Shown here: positions 1 to 10,705 of the stretch, piece after piece | Layout: each line of letters opens with the position of its first letter | Position numbering within the stretch: position 1 is the first letter of the stretch | DNA from: Moritella sp. | Lineage (GTDB): Bacteria; Pseudomonadota; Gammaproteobacteria; Enterobacterales; Moritellaceae | DNA length: 64,000 bases | Direction: 5' to 3' | NCBI GenBank assembly: GCA_047628235.1 | Contig: JBLHPA010000002.1 | Coordinates: forward strand, 2,070 to 66,069 | Notes under the pieces: generated by a model | The model's input: the letters and a program-made list of their open reading frames with translations, nothing else | Told to the model about the DNA's origin: nothing | Database searches by the model: none | Translations under genes and position numbers: made by a program

Positions 1-969
1 AAAACCCTGACGATAAGGTTTGGCTAATACTTTGGCTATTTCTAACGCACTGTCACACGATGTCTCTGGGATTGGGATCACCACATCAATGTCTACGTTG
101 CTCCATTCTCGGGCAATTTTTTGACCCAATTTTTCACCCATAGCAAGACGTGATTCATACACAGAGACCTTATCTAGGGTTGAATCCGGACGGGCAAAAT
201 ACACAAACTCAAAGATACACGGATTATGTTGCGGATTTTCAGCGCACTGAGCACTGAACAATTCACCTTGATCGGTAATATATACCGCTTCACCGGGCTC
301 AACATCACGTACAAACTTGAAACCTACGGCATCTAACGCCACAGATTCGGAGGCGATCATATACTCATTCTGAACGTCGGTATTACGCATCCCCAATACT
401 AAGGGGCGAATGCCATTGGGGTCGCGAAAGGCAAGTAAACCATGATTAATGATCAATGAAACCACCGCATATGCACCCTTTGCCTGTGCATGCACGGCTT
501 TAACAGCAGTGAATATATCTGCTGCGGTTAAGTGTAAACTCGGGCATTTATCCAGTTCGTGGGCCAACACATTAAGTAATATCTCTGAGTCAGAAGTCGT
601 ATTAATATGGCGGCGGGCTTTGTGAAACTGGTCTTCTTTTAACTGGGGAGCGTTGGTTAGATTTCCGTTATGGGCAAGGGAGATACCAAACGGAGAGTTA
701 ACATAGAAAGGTTGAGCCTCAGCGGCACTCGAGCTTCCTGCTGTTGGATATCGGACATGACCAATACCAATATTACCTTTCAAGCGCTGCATATGTTTAG
801 CTTCGAATACATCACTCACTAAACCATTTGCTTTTCGCTGCCTAAAGTTTCCATCACTTAAGGTTACAATCCCCGCTGCATCCTGTCCTCGGTGCTGCAA
901 TACTGTCAATGCATCATAAATATGCTGATTAACAGGGGTTGTAGAAACAATGCCAACAATTCCACACAT
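1..969 (-). CDS. purF: Amidophosphoribosyltransferase (5' part; runs off the window edge)
   Basis: Not in the ORF track; the reverse complement from 969 reads [33 protein letters not shown] (class II glutamine amidotransferase N-terminal Cys); follows cvpA. Confidence 0.97.
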   Translation of the reverse strand, partial: MCGIVGIVSTTPVNQHIYDALTVLQHRGQDAAGIVTLSDGNFRQRKANGLVSDVFEAKHMQRLKGNIGIGHVRYPTAGSSSAAEAQPFYVNSPFGISLAHNGNLTNAPQLKEDQFHKARRHINTTSDSEILLNVLAHELDKCPSLHLTAADIFTAVKAVHAQAKGAYAVVSLIINHGLLAFRDPNGIRPLVLGMRNTDVQNEYMIASESVALDAVGFKFVRDVEPGEAVYITDQGELFSAQCAENPQHNPCIFEFVYFARPDSTLDKVSVYESRLAMGEKLGQKIAREWSNVDIDVVIPIPETSCDSALEIAKVLAKPYRQGF

Positions 970-1025
970 AACCATATTCCTCGTTTACTGTGCTATCAAT
1001 TAAATTCTATTTTCACGCTTCATTT

Positions 1026-1535
1026 TCATAAGCCCGACATGTTTTCCCATGCCGATGCTTGATGTTCAAAAAACCATTTAATCAGTGGTTTAAGCTCTGC
1101 GATTAAGGGAGAATTTTGCCACCACGTTGCTTCCGGAAAGCGGGTAAATAACTGCAAAAATAACAGTAGAACACAAACCACTAAAACACCACGGGCAAGA
1201 CCAAAGCATACGCCAAGCAATCTATCTGTACCAGAAAGTCCCGTTTTACTCACCAATTGGGCAAGAATATAATTAAGTAACGCGCCCAGTATTAGGGTGC
1301 AAATAAATAATATCGCTATCGCGACACCATTTTTAACCAACTGGTCGCTGAATGCAGCACTAAAAGTATCGAAATTTTCGAGGTATGCGGCAATGTCCTG
1401 ATAGTAGAATCTGGCGACAAAAAAAGCAAAAAACCAGGTGCAAAGTGAGAAAGCTTCTTTAACAAACCCCCGAATTAAACTAATAACCGATGATAAAGCA
1501 ACAATCCCTAAAATAAGATAATCAATCCACGCCAT
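1026..1535 (-). CDS. cvpA: CvpA family membrane protein
   Basis: MAWIDYLIL..SLIRGFVKEAFSL..GLSGTDRLLG motifs; dedD-cvpA-purF synteny. Confidence 0.95.
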   Translation of the reverse strand: MAWIDYLILGIVALSSVISLIRGFVKEAFSLCTWFFAFFVARFYYQDIAAYLENFDTFSAAFSDQLVKNGVAIAILFICTLILGALLNYILAQLVSKTGLSGTDRLLGVCFGLARGVLVVCVLLLFLQLFTRFPEATWWQNSPLIAELKPLIKWFFEHQASAWENMSGL

Positions 1536-1596
1536 AACTCGTTCCGCTCATTTGAAATTCGCAGTATTGTAACAAGTTAACTAAAAGATTGATAAT

Positions 1597-1625
1597 AAAA
1601 AAGCCGACGTAAATGTCGGCTTTTT
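1597..1625. terminator. Bidirectional intrinsic terminator after dedD
   Basis: AAAAAAGCCGAC-gtaaat-GTCGGCTTTTT. Confidence 0.8.
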
Positions 1626-1627
1626 AA

Positions 1628-2251
1628 CTACTTGTCTCTCGGATCAAATTGTTGAATCACACCTTTCAATCCCGTCATTTTTTCTAATCTCGGCAGTACT
1701 ACCTCGAGCGTAGCACGATTAACATTCGGTCCCACATACAATATATTAAGTTGTCCTGGCTGTTTATACCTTGGTAACCGATAAGCATCAAACCCGGCTT
1801 TTCTTATTTTTATCACCAGATCATCGACTGCGGCGGAGTTTTTAAACGTACCTAAGCGAATTTCCCAAGAGGTACTTACCGTTGGCACTTTCGCGGGCGT
1901 TGGTTGTTTGGCGAACGTTATCGGTTCCGCGAGCGGTGCCAATTTAGGTTTCTTACTGCTCGTGGCTGGCGTTGTCACCTTATCTTTAAGCTTGTTTTTA
2001 GGTTTAGCAGCTTGAGTCAGCTCAGCAGTGGGTGCTGGCTCAACTAATAATTCAACGTCTTCGACCGCACGCTCCAGAGAGTCAAAGTCAACGGGCTCAG
2101 TAAGTTCCGCAAGCTCGGGGCGTAACGGAATACTAGCGGTATCTTCGCGATAAGTGATCTTTTGACCGTCTAGCAGGCCAGGTAAAAAGATGATGCCAAT
2201 AGCAACTAAAATGATAGAGCCGACCAAACGATGTTGAAATGCTGATGCCAC
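1628..2251 (-). CDS. dedD: SPOR-domain cell division protein DedD
   Basis: ASAFQHRLVGSIILVA N-terminal TM segment, Pro/Lys linker, C-terminal SPOR-like domain; folC-dedD synteny. Confidence 0.9.
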   Translation of the reverse strand: MASAFQHRLVGSIILVAIGIIFLPGLLDGQKITYREDTASIPLRPELAELTEPVDFDSLERAVEDVELLVEPAPTAELTQAAKPKNKLKDKVTTPATSSKKPKLAPLAEPITFAKQPTPAKVPTVSTSWEIRLGTFKNSAAVDDLVIKIRKAGFDAYRLPRYKQPGQLNILYVGPNVNRATLEVVLPRLEKMTGLKGVIQQFDPRDK

Positions 2252-2257
2252 GTTTAT

Positions 2258-3577
2258 TTAACCACTTATATGTTGGGTAATTTCCGCTACAGTAAAAAAC
2301 GAGCCGAAACCAATAATAATATCATTAAAATCAGCATGTTGATTAGCTGACTGCCAAGCCAGTGCTATTGTATCATGAGTTGAGGGGTTCAAGCTAAGGC
2401 TATCACGGGATTTCCCACTCTGCTGTAGCGCCAGCGCTAACCCTTGCTCGAGCTGCGCACTGGTCGCAGCCCTGCCACACTGCAATGGCGCTATATGCCA
2501 TTCGTCGACAATCGCTGCAAGTGCCATTAAACTCGCTCCGATATCCTTATCTTTGAGCATACTAACCACAGCTATAACCCGTGACGGTTCATTTGATTTC
2601 AGCTTAAGTTGAGCTAACTGAGTCGCAAGGTATCTAGCCGATTCCGGATTATGTGCAACATCCAAGTACTGGCGTGGTGACAATGCCAAACATTGCATCC
2701 GCCCAGGTAAAGTTGCATTAGCAATACCACTGCGGATAGCGGATTCTGGTATGAAGATATCGAGAATTTGCAGTGCTGCAATCGCCGTTGCTGCATTCTG
2801 TAACGGCAGTTGTGGTAATTCCAAGTCGGCCAAACAGATCGCCTTTAGTGTGTGACCCGCTTGGCTTTGCCAAGTCCAATGCGTTCTATCCTGCTGGTAA
2901 CTGTAATCTTTATTCACCGCAACTAAATCTGCACCCACTTTATTCGCGTATTCGGCAATTGTTGCTGGCGGATTAATCACCCCACAAATGGCTTTTTTAC
3001 CAGTACGGAAAATACCTGCCTTTTCTGTGGCAATCACCGCAGTATCGGTACCAAGCCAATCGGCATGGTCTATATCAATAGTCGTTATAACCGCAACATC
3101 TGCCGACACAATATTGGCGGCATCCAGACGACCACCTAAACCCACCTCCAAGATGACGACATCAAGCGCGGCATCTTGGAATAGTTTAAGTGCAGATAAA
3201 GTCGTAAATTCAAAATACGTTAACGTGGTATCTCCACGTCCGGTCTCGATAAACGCAAAAGAATCGACGTGAGCCTGCGCGCTAAGCATTTGACCATTAA
3301 TACGCACCCGCTCACGGTAATCCTGAATGTGAGGAGAACTGGTTACCCCGACGTTGTAGCCAGCATCGAGCAATATCTGTTCCAGCAATGCGCAGGTCGA
3401 CCCCTTACCGTTGGTGCCAGCCACAGTGATAACGTTAGCATTGAACTGAGTGAGCGCTAATTCGGCTGCAACCTGGCCTACCCTGCCCAACCCCATTTCA
3501 ATATTGACGGGATGTATATTTTCTAAATAGCAAAGCCAGTCTGCAAGAGACTGGCTTTTATTAACGTTGTTCAACAT
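2258..3577 (-). CDS. folC: Dihydrofolate synthase/folylpolyglutamate synthase
   Basis: VAGTNGKGST P-loop, LEVGLGGRLDA, DVAHNP motifs. Confidence 0.97.
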   Translation of the reverse strand: MLNNVNKSQSLADWLCYLENIHPVNIEMGLGRVGQVAAELALTQFNANVITVAGTNGKGSTCALLEQILLDAGYNVGVTSSPHIQDYRERVRINGQMLSAQAHVDSFAFIETGRGDTTLTYFEFTTLSALKLFQDAALDVVILEVGLGGRLDAANIVSADVAVITTIDIDHADWLGTDTAVIATEKAGIFRTGKKAICGVINPPATIAEYANKVGADLVAVNKDYSYQQDRTHWTWQSQAGHTLKAICLADLELPQLPLQNAATAIAALQILDIFIPESAIRSGIANATLPGRMQCLALSPRQYLDVAHNPESARYLATQLAQLKLKSNEPSRVIAVVSMLKDKDIGASLMALAAIVDEWHIAPLQCGRAATSAQLEQGLALALQQSGKSRDSLSLNPSTHDTIALAWQSANQHADFNDIIIGFGSFFTVAEITQHISG

Positions 3578-3586
3578 ACTGAAACA

Positions 3587-4543
3587 TTACTCTTTAGTGT
3601 CTTTTTCTGTACTCAGCGTAGTGCTTTCATCCAAGTCTGAAGGCGCTTCTGGTACAGATTCGCTATTTGTAAGCAGGGGCTGCGTCTCTTCAGAAACGTC
3701 TAGGTTCATCATTTTCGCTAATAAGCCAGCTAATCTATCGCGCATCTGACGGCGATCAACAATCATATCAATTGCGCCCTTCTCCATTAAGAATTCACTG
3801 CGCTGGAAACCTTCTGGTAACTTTTCCCGCACTGTTTGTTCGATAACCCGCGGGCCTGCAAAACCAATTAGCGCTTTTGGCTCAGCAACATTCACGTCAC
3901 CGAGCATAGCCAAACTTGCAGATACGCCGCCCATAGTCGGATCGGTTAATACCGAAATGTAAGGTAGTCCCTCAGCAGACAGTTTACCCAGTGCCGCACT
4001 TGTTTTCGCCATTTGCATCAGTGAAAACAAGGCTTCTTGCATGCGAGCGCCACCACTGGCAGAGAAACAGACCAACCCTCGGTTTTCAGCAATACACACA
4101 TTAATGGCCGCAACAAAACGAGCGCCCACCACAGTCGCCATCGAACCACCCATAAATGAGAATTCAAAAGCACATACCACGACGGGTATACCTTTTACAG
4201 TACCCTTTTCGACAACTAATGCGTCTTTTTCATTTGTCGCTTTCTGCGCGCTAGCTAAACGATCTTTATATTTTTTAGTATCTCGAAATTTAAGTTTATC
4301 GCTGGGTTCAAATTCAGCACCGATCTCAACACGATCGTTTTCATCGAGGAACTTATTTAACCGCTCACGTGCATTCACTCGCATGTGGTGATCACACTTG
4401 GGGCATACGCCTAAATTACGCTCAAGTTCCGCATGATATAAAACCTGTTCACAAGAAGTACATTTTGTCCACACGCCTTCAGGTATATTACGACGTGCTG
4501 TTGCGTTCTTGCTTTTTGGTAGTATTTTTTCAATCCAGCTCAT
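3587..4543 (-). CDS. accD: Acetyl-CoA carboxylase carboxyltransferase beta subunit
   Basis: WTKCTSC..CPKC zinc finger, [19 protein letters not shown]. Confidence 0.98.
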   Translation of the reverse strand: MSWIEKILPKSKNATARRNIPEGVWTKCTSCEQVLYHAELERNLGVCPKCDHHMRVNARERLNKFLDENDRVEIGAEFEPSDKLKFRDTKKYKDRLASAQKATNEKDALVVEKGTVKGIPVVVCAFEFSFMGGSMATVVGARFVAAINVCIAENRGLVCFSASGGARMQEALFSLMQMAKTSAALGKLSAEGLPYISVLTDPTMGGVSASLAMLGDVNVAEPKALIGFAGPRVIEQTVREKLPEGFQRSEFLMEKGAIDMIVDRRQMRDRLAGLLAKMMNLDVSEETQPLLTNSESVPEAPSDLDESTTLSTEKDTKE

Positions 4544-4739
4544 GAAGCCCTACTTATAATTTTTCTAATTAATTGAAGTATATAATGTTAAATGCGTTGC
4601 TAATACAATTTAGCGAGGGTTACCTCACGACAAACTAACAAAAATAAATGCGTTTAAGTTGTTATATGACAAACTTAACAATACTCCACATTATCGTGTT
4701 ACTTAATTAAATCACAGATTTTCCAATAAGGTTATATAA

Positions 4740-4756
4740 AACTGGTCTTACCCTTG
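4740..4756. promoter_or_regulatory. Candidate FadR operator upstream of accD
   Basis: AACTGGTCTTACCCTTG vs FadR consensus AACTGGTCnGACCAGTT (left half exact, right half 4/8). Confidence 0.4.
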
Positions 4757-4827
4757 TGATCTATAATCAAAAAATTAATAAAAACAAATGCACAAACACA
4801 AATTAGCTCAAGCCATTAGCGTGAAAT

Positions 4828-5619
4828 TTACAGCTGGTCCGGTAAAAATAATGGGCCAACAGGCATTTTAGGTAGATTGAATTGTGCCGGATAGTCCACT
4901 TCAACCATATACAAACCCGCTGATGGACCTGTTGCCGCTGCAACTGAACGATCTTTTAACAGCAATAGGTCTTCTATCCAACTGACGGGTTTACGGCCTC
5001 GACCCACTTCCATTAATGAACCGGCAATGTTTCGCACCATGTGGTGAACAAACGCATTGGCTTTAATATCGATGATAATAAACGCATTATGCCGTGTTAC
5101 ATTAATATGAATCATTCTTCTAAATGGACTTTTCGATTGGCAATGCTTCGCCCTAAATGAAGTGAAATCATGCTCACCCAATAAGCTTTGCGCCGCCTCG
5201 TGCATTAATTTTTCATCTAAGGGAACATGGCAATGACTGACACCATTACGCAAGATACCAGGTCGTAACCTATTGTTAAATATTATATATCTATAGCGTC
5301 GTGCCGTAGCGCTAAAGCGAGCGTGGAACGCTTCATCGACCGGTTGTGCCCAGCGTACAGCAATATCATCTGGCAGGTTAGCGTTTACACCCAACATCCA
5401 GGCAACATTGTTGCGCTTAGCATCTGTATCAAAATGAACAACTTGCCCAGTACCATGAACCCCTGTATCTGTTCGCCCTGCACAATGGACTCGTACCGGA
5501 TGATTCGCTACGCTAGCCAAAGCGTTTTCTAGTTGCTCTTGCACACTGGTAACATCGAGTTGTCGTTGCCAGCCATAATATTTACTACCATCATATTCTA
5601 TACCAAGTGCAATTCGCAT
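4828..5619 (-). CDS. truA: tRNA pseudouridine(38-40) synthase
   Basis: [20 protein letters not shown] catalytic Asp motif, [11 protein letters not shown]. Confidence 0.98.
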   Translation of the reverse strand: MRIALGIEYDGSKYYGWQRQLDVTSVQEQLENALASVANHPVRVHCAGRTDTGVHGTGQVVHFDTDAKRNNVAWMLGVNANLPDDIAVRWAQPVDEAFHARFSATARRYRYIIFNNRLRPGILRNGVSHCHVPLDEKLMHEAAQSLLGEHDFTSFRAKHCQSKSPFRRMIHINVTRHNAFIIIDIKANAFVHHMVRNIAGSLMEVGRGRKPVSWIEDLLLLKDRSVAAATGPSAGLYMVEVDYPAQFNLPKMPVGPLFLPDQL

Positions 5620-5662
5620 TTTTGTTCCAACTTGAGGGGATTGATTATTAAATAAATCAAAT

Positions 5663-5690
5663 AAAAAAGCGGTAACTTCCGTTACCGCTT
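5663..5690 (-). terminator. Intrinsic terminator downstream of fimV
   Basis: AAGCGGTAAC/GTTACCGCTT stem with an A-run (U-tract on the - strand). Confidence 0.7.
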
Positions 5691-5704
5691 ATTAAGTGGC
5701 GAAT

Positions 5705-5720
5705 TATACCCAAACCACTT
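5705..5720. repeat. Solo terminal remnant of the ERIC-like MITE family
   Basis: TATACCCAAACCACTT matches the terminal repeat of the 32764-33028 element. Confidence 0.5.
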
Positions 5721-5785
5721 AGAACTTTAAAGCATCTGCTTATAGATAACTGACCACTATTCTCTCAGCAACACAAACTAAGCGT

Positions 5786-8071
5786 CTATAATCGGCTCAA
5801 CAATTTGCTCACTTCCGCTTGCTGTGCTGCATTACCTGTACCCGCCAATGGGTCAAGGATTGATTTCGCACCTTCTTTATCTTCTATTTCAAGATAAGCG
5901 CGCGCGAGATCAAGCTGTGCACCAATACTATTGCTGTCATCATCAATATCGACATCATTGTGATCAAGCAGAGTATGGCTGTATTCATCGAGCCCTACAT
6001 CGAGCTTAACTTGATCATAAGGTTCTTCTTCGGTGCTAGTCAATGCCTGGGCTGATTCATTTAGCAGCTTGTCTATATCAATAAACTCTTCCTGCTTCGC
6101 TGCAGCTTGATCTATCGGAGCTTGTTCACTGGCATCATTGCTAAATGCATTTGGACTGAATTCTGCCAGCATGGCTTCTATATCATCCAGCTGATTGTCT
6201 TTACTGGCTGGCTGTGGCTTAGCGTCCGGTTCCTGGGTGTTTTCAGCATTGGCCTGAGCAGCGCCATTATCTGGCGTCACTGGTACACTATTTGCTTCCT
6301 TAACGGTACTATTTGCTTCCTCAAGGGTACTATCTACATCGACAGAAACGCTATTGCTATCAAACTCAACATTATCTAACTCAACTTTGTCTAGTTCAGA
6401 ATTGTCTAACTCTGCGAGCATTTCATCAACGGTTTGCCCGTATGACTGGGGAAGTTCAGCGTCATCTCCCAAGTCCTCCGTTTCGGTGCTAGCAGCTGTT
6501 TTCGCAGTTAGTTCCGCCTCAGCGATAAGACTATCGATCTCGTCCGTATCTGTGACCTGGTTTGCAATAGTATCGTTCTCAGTCTGCGACTGTTGCTCAC
6601 GCTCTGTAATAGTCTCACTGCCGGTATCAAACGCCTCCGTCTCAATGCTCTGGTCATTGGGTCTGTACTGCGCCAACATATCATCAATTTCGGCCAGATC
6701 CGCATCTAAAGGGTTATCCATGTCAGACGCATCATCATCTGCTGCTGTTTGCGCTGGAATCAAACCAGCTACATCAGCTAGCGTTGTCTCATCGCTATCG
6801 AGTTCGTCCCGCCAGCTAAGATCCGGTGTAATAGTGTCATTTTCAAAACTGGTATGTGCATCATCAAGCGTTAAGTCAATATCACTAAAATTATTATCGT
6901 CAATGGTTGTCGCTGAGAACTCAGGCATCTGCTCGATGATATCTGGTATGACAGGATCTGAAGTGGTGATATCAACATCTATAGGCTCCGAAACAGCGAT
7001 GCCATCGGCAAAGGCTTCAGTTCCATCTGTCATTTCAAATTCATCAGGGAGTTGTCTGTTGAAATCCGCTTCACCTTCAGACGATAGCATATCCAGCGTA
7101 TTGACAGGCTCAGCACTCTCTGCAGCGAGTTGATCTGCATCATTGAGCTGCTGCTCACTGGCAGTATAATTCTCAGCCGTGAGGTAGTCACTTAATTCAT
7201 CAACCGCATTATCAGCATCGAAAATTGCCGCATCTTCAGCGTGCATTTTTTGGTCGTGTCTATTTTTTAACCACAATCCCAGCCAAACCAAGGACAGTAA
7301 AATAAACACGCCTGCTACACCGATAATTAACCAGGATTTTGAGTTATTTGTCTCGTCAATTTCCGCTTGATTTGTGACTTCATCAATCTGTGCCTGCTGT
7401 AAATCAAGTTGGTCCTTCTGCTGTTTTATGAGTGCGCTTAGCTCCGCCCTTAACTGGTTATCAAGCTCCATCTGCTGCTTAAGTGCCGCTAATTCAACAC
7501 GGATACTCTCTAATTGTAATTTTAAACGGCGATTGGTTTCACTCGATACCAGAAGATGTTCGTTACTTTCAGCTAATTCGCCCTGTAACTGAGTTAATTT
7601 ATTATTCTTTCCACCTGCGACCGCTCTCACGATAGGGGCTGGGTTGCTGGTATTAGTTACCGTTTTAGTAGATATCATTGACTTGGCGGGCTGGGTCTTC
7701 ACAGGCTGATTAAGCGCCTGCTGTAATTGCGCGCCATCAGTAGCCCGAATTTGAGCCGCACTGGGTATTTTAAGGATACTGCCATCGATTATTCTATTGA
7801 TGTCGCCATCTAAAAATGCGTAGGGATTAAGCGCGACTATTGCCGCCATAGTTTGGTAAAGGTTTAATCTGGCATTGGGCCGTGTTGCCTTAGCTATTGA
7901 CCATAAAGTGTCTGACTTAGCCACTGGGCCATAGCTTGTCGGTGACGATGGTGTTTGAACTTGGGGCCCTTTTAACTGTAACACAAACCCATCTGTATTT
8001 GCTGCCATACCTGTTATCGGTAGCAACAGCAATAACACCAACCACTTAAATTTTGAAAAATTCAACAGCAT
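5786..8071 (-). CDS. fimV: FimV/HubP polar landmark protein
   Basis: Signal peptide, LysM-like DTLWSIA..NPYAF, coiled coil, TM segment, long acidic region, C-terminal LDLARAYLEIED FimV domain; ATG 8071 has an AAGGA RBS. Confidence 0.9.
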   Translation of the reverse strand: MLLNFSKFKWLVLLLLLPITGMAANTDGFVLQLKGPQVQTPSSPTSYGPVAKSDTLWSIAKATRPNARLNLYQTMAAIVALNPYAFLDGDINRIIDGSILKIPSAAQIRATDGAQLQQALNQPVKTQPAKSMISTKTVTNTSNPAPIVRAVAGGKNNKLTQLQGELAESNEHLLVSSETNRRLKLQLESIRVELAALKQQMELDNQLRAELSALIKQQKDQLDLQQAQIDEVTNQAEIDETNNSKSWLIIGVAGVFILLSLVWLGLWLKNRHDQKMHAEDAAIFDADNAVDELSDYLTAENYTASEQQLNDADQLAAESAEPVNTLDMLSSEGEADFNRQLPDEFEMTDGTEAFADGIAVSEPIDVDITTSDPVIPDIIEQMPEFSATTIDDNNFSDIDLTLDDAHTSFENDTITPDLSWRDELDSDETTLADVAGLIPAQTAADDDASDMDNPLDADLAEIDDMLAQYRPNDQSIETEAFDTGSETITEREQQSQTENDTIANQVTDTDEIDSLIAEAELTAKTAASTETEDLGDDAELPQSYGQTVDEMLAELDNSELDKVELDNVEFDSNSVSVDVDSTLEEANSTVKEANSVPVTPDNGAAQANAENTQEPDAKPQPASKDNQLDDIEAMLAEFSPNAFSNDASEQAPIDQAAAKQEEFIDIDKLLNESAQALTSTEEEPYDQVKLDVGLDEYSHTLLDHNDVDIDDDSNSIGAQLDLARAYLEIEDKEGAKSILDPLAGTGNAAQQAEVSKLLSRL

Positions 8072-8347
8072 TGCCAATCCTTACTCTAAAACTCAGCATC
8101 ATTAATATTGCAATAAAATAGATTATCACTAGTCGTAGTCTCCAATATAAACTAGCACTCAACTTCTCACTAGCGATTATCGGCCATTAGAGATAAAAAT
8201 TTTTAAATTGAGAGGGATAACGGAGATATATTATACAGAATACAAAAATAGCACCCTAAATTAGGTGCTATTACACGGTAAACAACTATCTGCTATAACT
8301 ATACTATCTACGATAAATTAATAGCACAGTAAGTAAAACAAGAAGTG

Positions 8348-9364
8348 TTATAGATAACGTTCTATTAACAGTTCAGCTATTTGAACACTGTTTGTCGCAG
8401 CCCCTTTACGGATGTTATCACCCACGACCCACATGTTAATGCCACTGATATGGGAAATGTCTTCACGAATACGGCCAACAAATACGCCGTCATGACCCGC
8501 TGAATCAGATACCGGTGTCGGGTAATCTTCTTCATCTTCAATCAATTTAACACCGGGAGCGTGGCGCATTAATGAACGCACTTCTTCTGCACTAATGGGT
8601 GAACGTGTTTCCAGATGGATCGCTTCAGAGTGGCCATAAAAAACCGGCACACGAACCGCTGTTGGATTGACTAATACGGTTTCATCGGCAAAAATCTTCT
8701 GCGTTTCCCACACCATTTTCATCTCTTCTTTGGTGTAGCCATTCTCGGTAAACACGTCAATTTGCGGGATCACATTAAATGCAATTTGCTTCGGATAAAC
8801 CTTATTTTCAACCGGCCTTGCATTTAGTAGGCTTGCAGTCTGACCAGCAAGTTCATCAATGCCACTCTTGCCTGAACCTGATACAGCTTGATACGTTGCT
8901 ACGTTAATACGTGCAATACCCACTTCATCATAGATGGGTTTAAGCGCAACTAACATCTGAATGGTGGAACAATTCGGGTTAGCAATAATATTACGATTTT
9001 TATAAGCCGCAATTGCATCAGGATTAACCTCTGGTACAACTAACGGTATATCATCGTCATAACGGAACTGGGAGGTATTATCTATCACAACAACACCCGC
9101 ATCAGCAGCGATTGGTGCCCACTGTTCTGAAACAGAACCGCCAGCAGAAAACAAGCCAATTTGCACTTGCGTCCAATCGAAGGTTTCCACGTCTATCACT
9201 TCAACTTGTTTATTATTAAAGGTAATAGTACCACCAGCACTGCGACTGCTTGCTAATGGATAAATATTCCCTACTGGAAATTTACGTTCCTGTAAAATTT
9301 CCAGCATCATTTGCCCTACGGCCCCTGTTGCGCCTAGCACTGCAACATTATATAGTTGACTCAT
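8348..9364 (-). CDS. asd: Aspartate-semialdehyde dehydrogenase (Asd/Usg type)
   Basis: GATGAVG, ANPNCST, DNIRKGAATN motifs. Confidence 0.92.
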   Translation of the reverse strand: MSQLYNVAVLGATGAVGQMMLEILQERKFPVGNIYPLASSRSAGGTITFNNKQVEVIDVETFDWTQVQIGLFSAGGSVSEQWAPIAADAGVVVIDNTSQFRYDDDIPLVVPEVNPDAIAAYKNRNIIANPNCSTIQMLVALKPIYDEVGIARINVATYQAVSGSGKSGIDELAGQTASLLNARPVENKVYPKQIAFNVIPQIDVFTENGYTKEEMKMVWETQKIFADETVLVNPTAVRVPVFYGHSEAIHLETRSPISAEEVRSLMRHAPGVKLIEDEEDYPTPVSDSAGHDGVFVGRIREDISHISGINMWVVGDNIRKGAATNSVQIAELLIERYL

Positions 9365-9381
9365 CAACAACTCCTACATTA

Positions 9382-10500
9382 TTATTTGGCAAATCCAAGT
9401 TGATACAAAGACTCTACCGCATAATGTGACTCATTTACTAGCCTCAAAGAATAAAATTCTCTTCTTTCTCTGTAATTTTTACGCATTTCATCAAAACTAC
9501 CCGTGCTAGCTATGTTTTTCCTAAAAATAGCATCATCGCGGCGCACATCATAGACCAGATGAACCAGGCTTTTAGCCAGCGCTTGATCTGCATTCTGGTT
9601 AACATTAATTTGGCTCACCGCTGGAACCGGCAGCATTTCGCTCAGGCTTCGTTCCACATTTCGCTGAAGAAATTGGCAATAGGCCTTATAAATCATTTCT
9701 GTACCACGTGCCTTACCTTCCAGGCTATAACCGGCTATGTGCGGTGTCGCTATCGCAGTATGCGGGATTAATGCAAGTAACGGGGTTGGTTCGTTCTCCC
9801 ATACATCTAATACCAGGGTCATGCCATGACCTGCGTTTTTCAACGCTAACAGAGCCTGATTATCGATCACGTCCCCGCGCCCACAGTTAACCAGTATGGC
9901 GTGAGGGGCAATAGTAGAAAGTAATTCAGCGTTAAGTAAATGCTGAGTCTGGTACTGACCATCTTTAACTAGGGGCACGTGCAAACAGATAATGTCAGCT
10001 TGTAGGGCCTGTTCTAAACTGATAAAGCCATCAGCGCCTTCCTGCTCTGCCCGTGGCGGATCGCACAACAGGACTTCGGCACCTAACGCGGTTAGCCGGC
10101 TCACTGTTTGGGAACCGGTATTACCGACCCCTATCACTGCCACCTTTTTGTCCTGCAATGTGAATCCCTGCTGTTCAGCGACGACCAACAAGGCACTGCA
10201 AACATAATCGCCGACAGAGACGGCATTACACCCCGGCGCATTGGTATAGTGAATTCCACGGTATTGCAATAGAGAGTGATCTAGGTGATCCATCCCAATT
10301 GTTGCAGTGCCAACAAATGCCAATTTATTCGCCTGTGCCAGAAGCGCTTCATTCACCTGAGTGACAGAACGCACTATTAATGCGTCAATATCATGCAAGT
10401 CAATTGCTTGTATGGTGCGCCCAGATAAAGGGATAACGTCGCCAAACTGAGAGAATAACTCAACAGCATAAGGCATATTTTCATCAACCACGATCTTCAT
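9382..10500 (-). CDS. pdxB: 4-phosphoerythronate dehydrogenase
   Basis: MKIVVDENMP, LDVWENEP, TPHIAGYSLEGKARGT. Confidence 0.97.
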   Translation of the reverse strand: MKIVVDENMPYAVELFSQFGDVIPLSGRTIQAIDLHDIDALIVRSVTQVNEALLAQANKLAFVGTATIGMDHLDHSLLQYRGIHYTNAPGCNAVSVGDYVCSALLVVAEQQGFTLQDKKVAVIGVGNTGSQTVSRLTALGAEVLLCDPPRAEQEGADGFISLEQALQADIICLHVPLVKDGQYQTQHLLNAELLSTIAPHAILVNCGRGDVIDNQALLALKNAGHGMTLVLDVWENEPTPLLALIPHTAIATPHIAGYSLEGKARGTEMIYKAYCQFLQRNVERSLSEMLPVPAVSQINVNQNADQALAKSLVHLVYDVRRDDAIFRKNIASTGSFDEMRKNYRERREFYSLRLVNESHYAVESLYQLGFAK

Positions 10501-10552
10501 TTCGATATTCTCTTGAGATTAAATGGGGACTATTTTGCGCGTAGCGAAGGGG

Positions 10553-10592
10553 AAAAAAAAGCCTATTTACCAAAAAACAGATAAATAGGCTT
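10553..10592 (-). terminator. Intrinsic terminator after fabB
   Basis: AAGCCTATTTA..TAAATAGGCTT stem with an A8 run. Confidence 0.7.
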
Positions 10593-10652
10593 AAATAGAC
10601 TTAAGATATAACCCGTTATTGGTTACGGCTTAAGTCCTATAGAGTCGAGACG

Positions 10653-10705
10653 TTTATTTATCAAACTGCTTTTTATTTATCAAACTGCTCTTTATTTATC
10701 AAACT
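10653..10705. repeat. 19-bp tandem repeat (about 2.8 copies) duplicating the fabB stop-codon region
   Basis: TTTATTTATCAAACT(GCTY) at 10653, 10672, 10691. Confidence 0.9.

Noticed and set aside
1536-1596. PurR box expected before cvpA-purF
   Set aside because: No GCAAACGTTT-like motif visible
6280-6410. 21-bp and 15-bp repeats within fimV
   Set aside because: In-frame low-complexity repeats typical of FimV/HubP acidic linkers
6354-7133. 259-aa Ser-rich ORF on the + strand
   Set aside because: Antisense shadow of the Asp/Glu-rich fimV region
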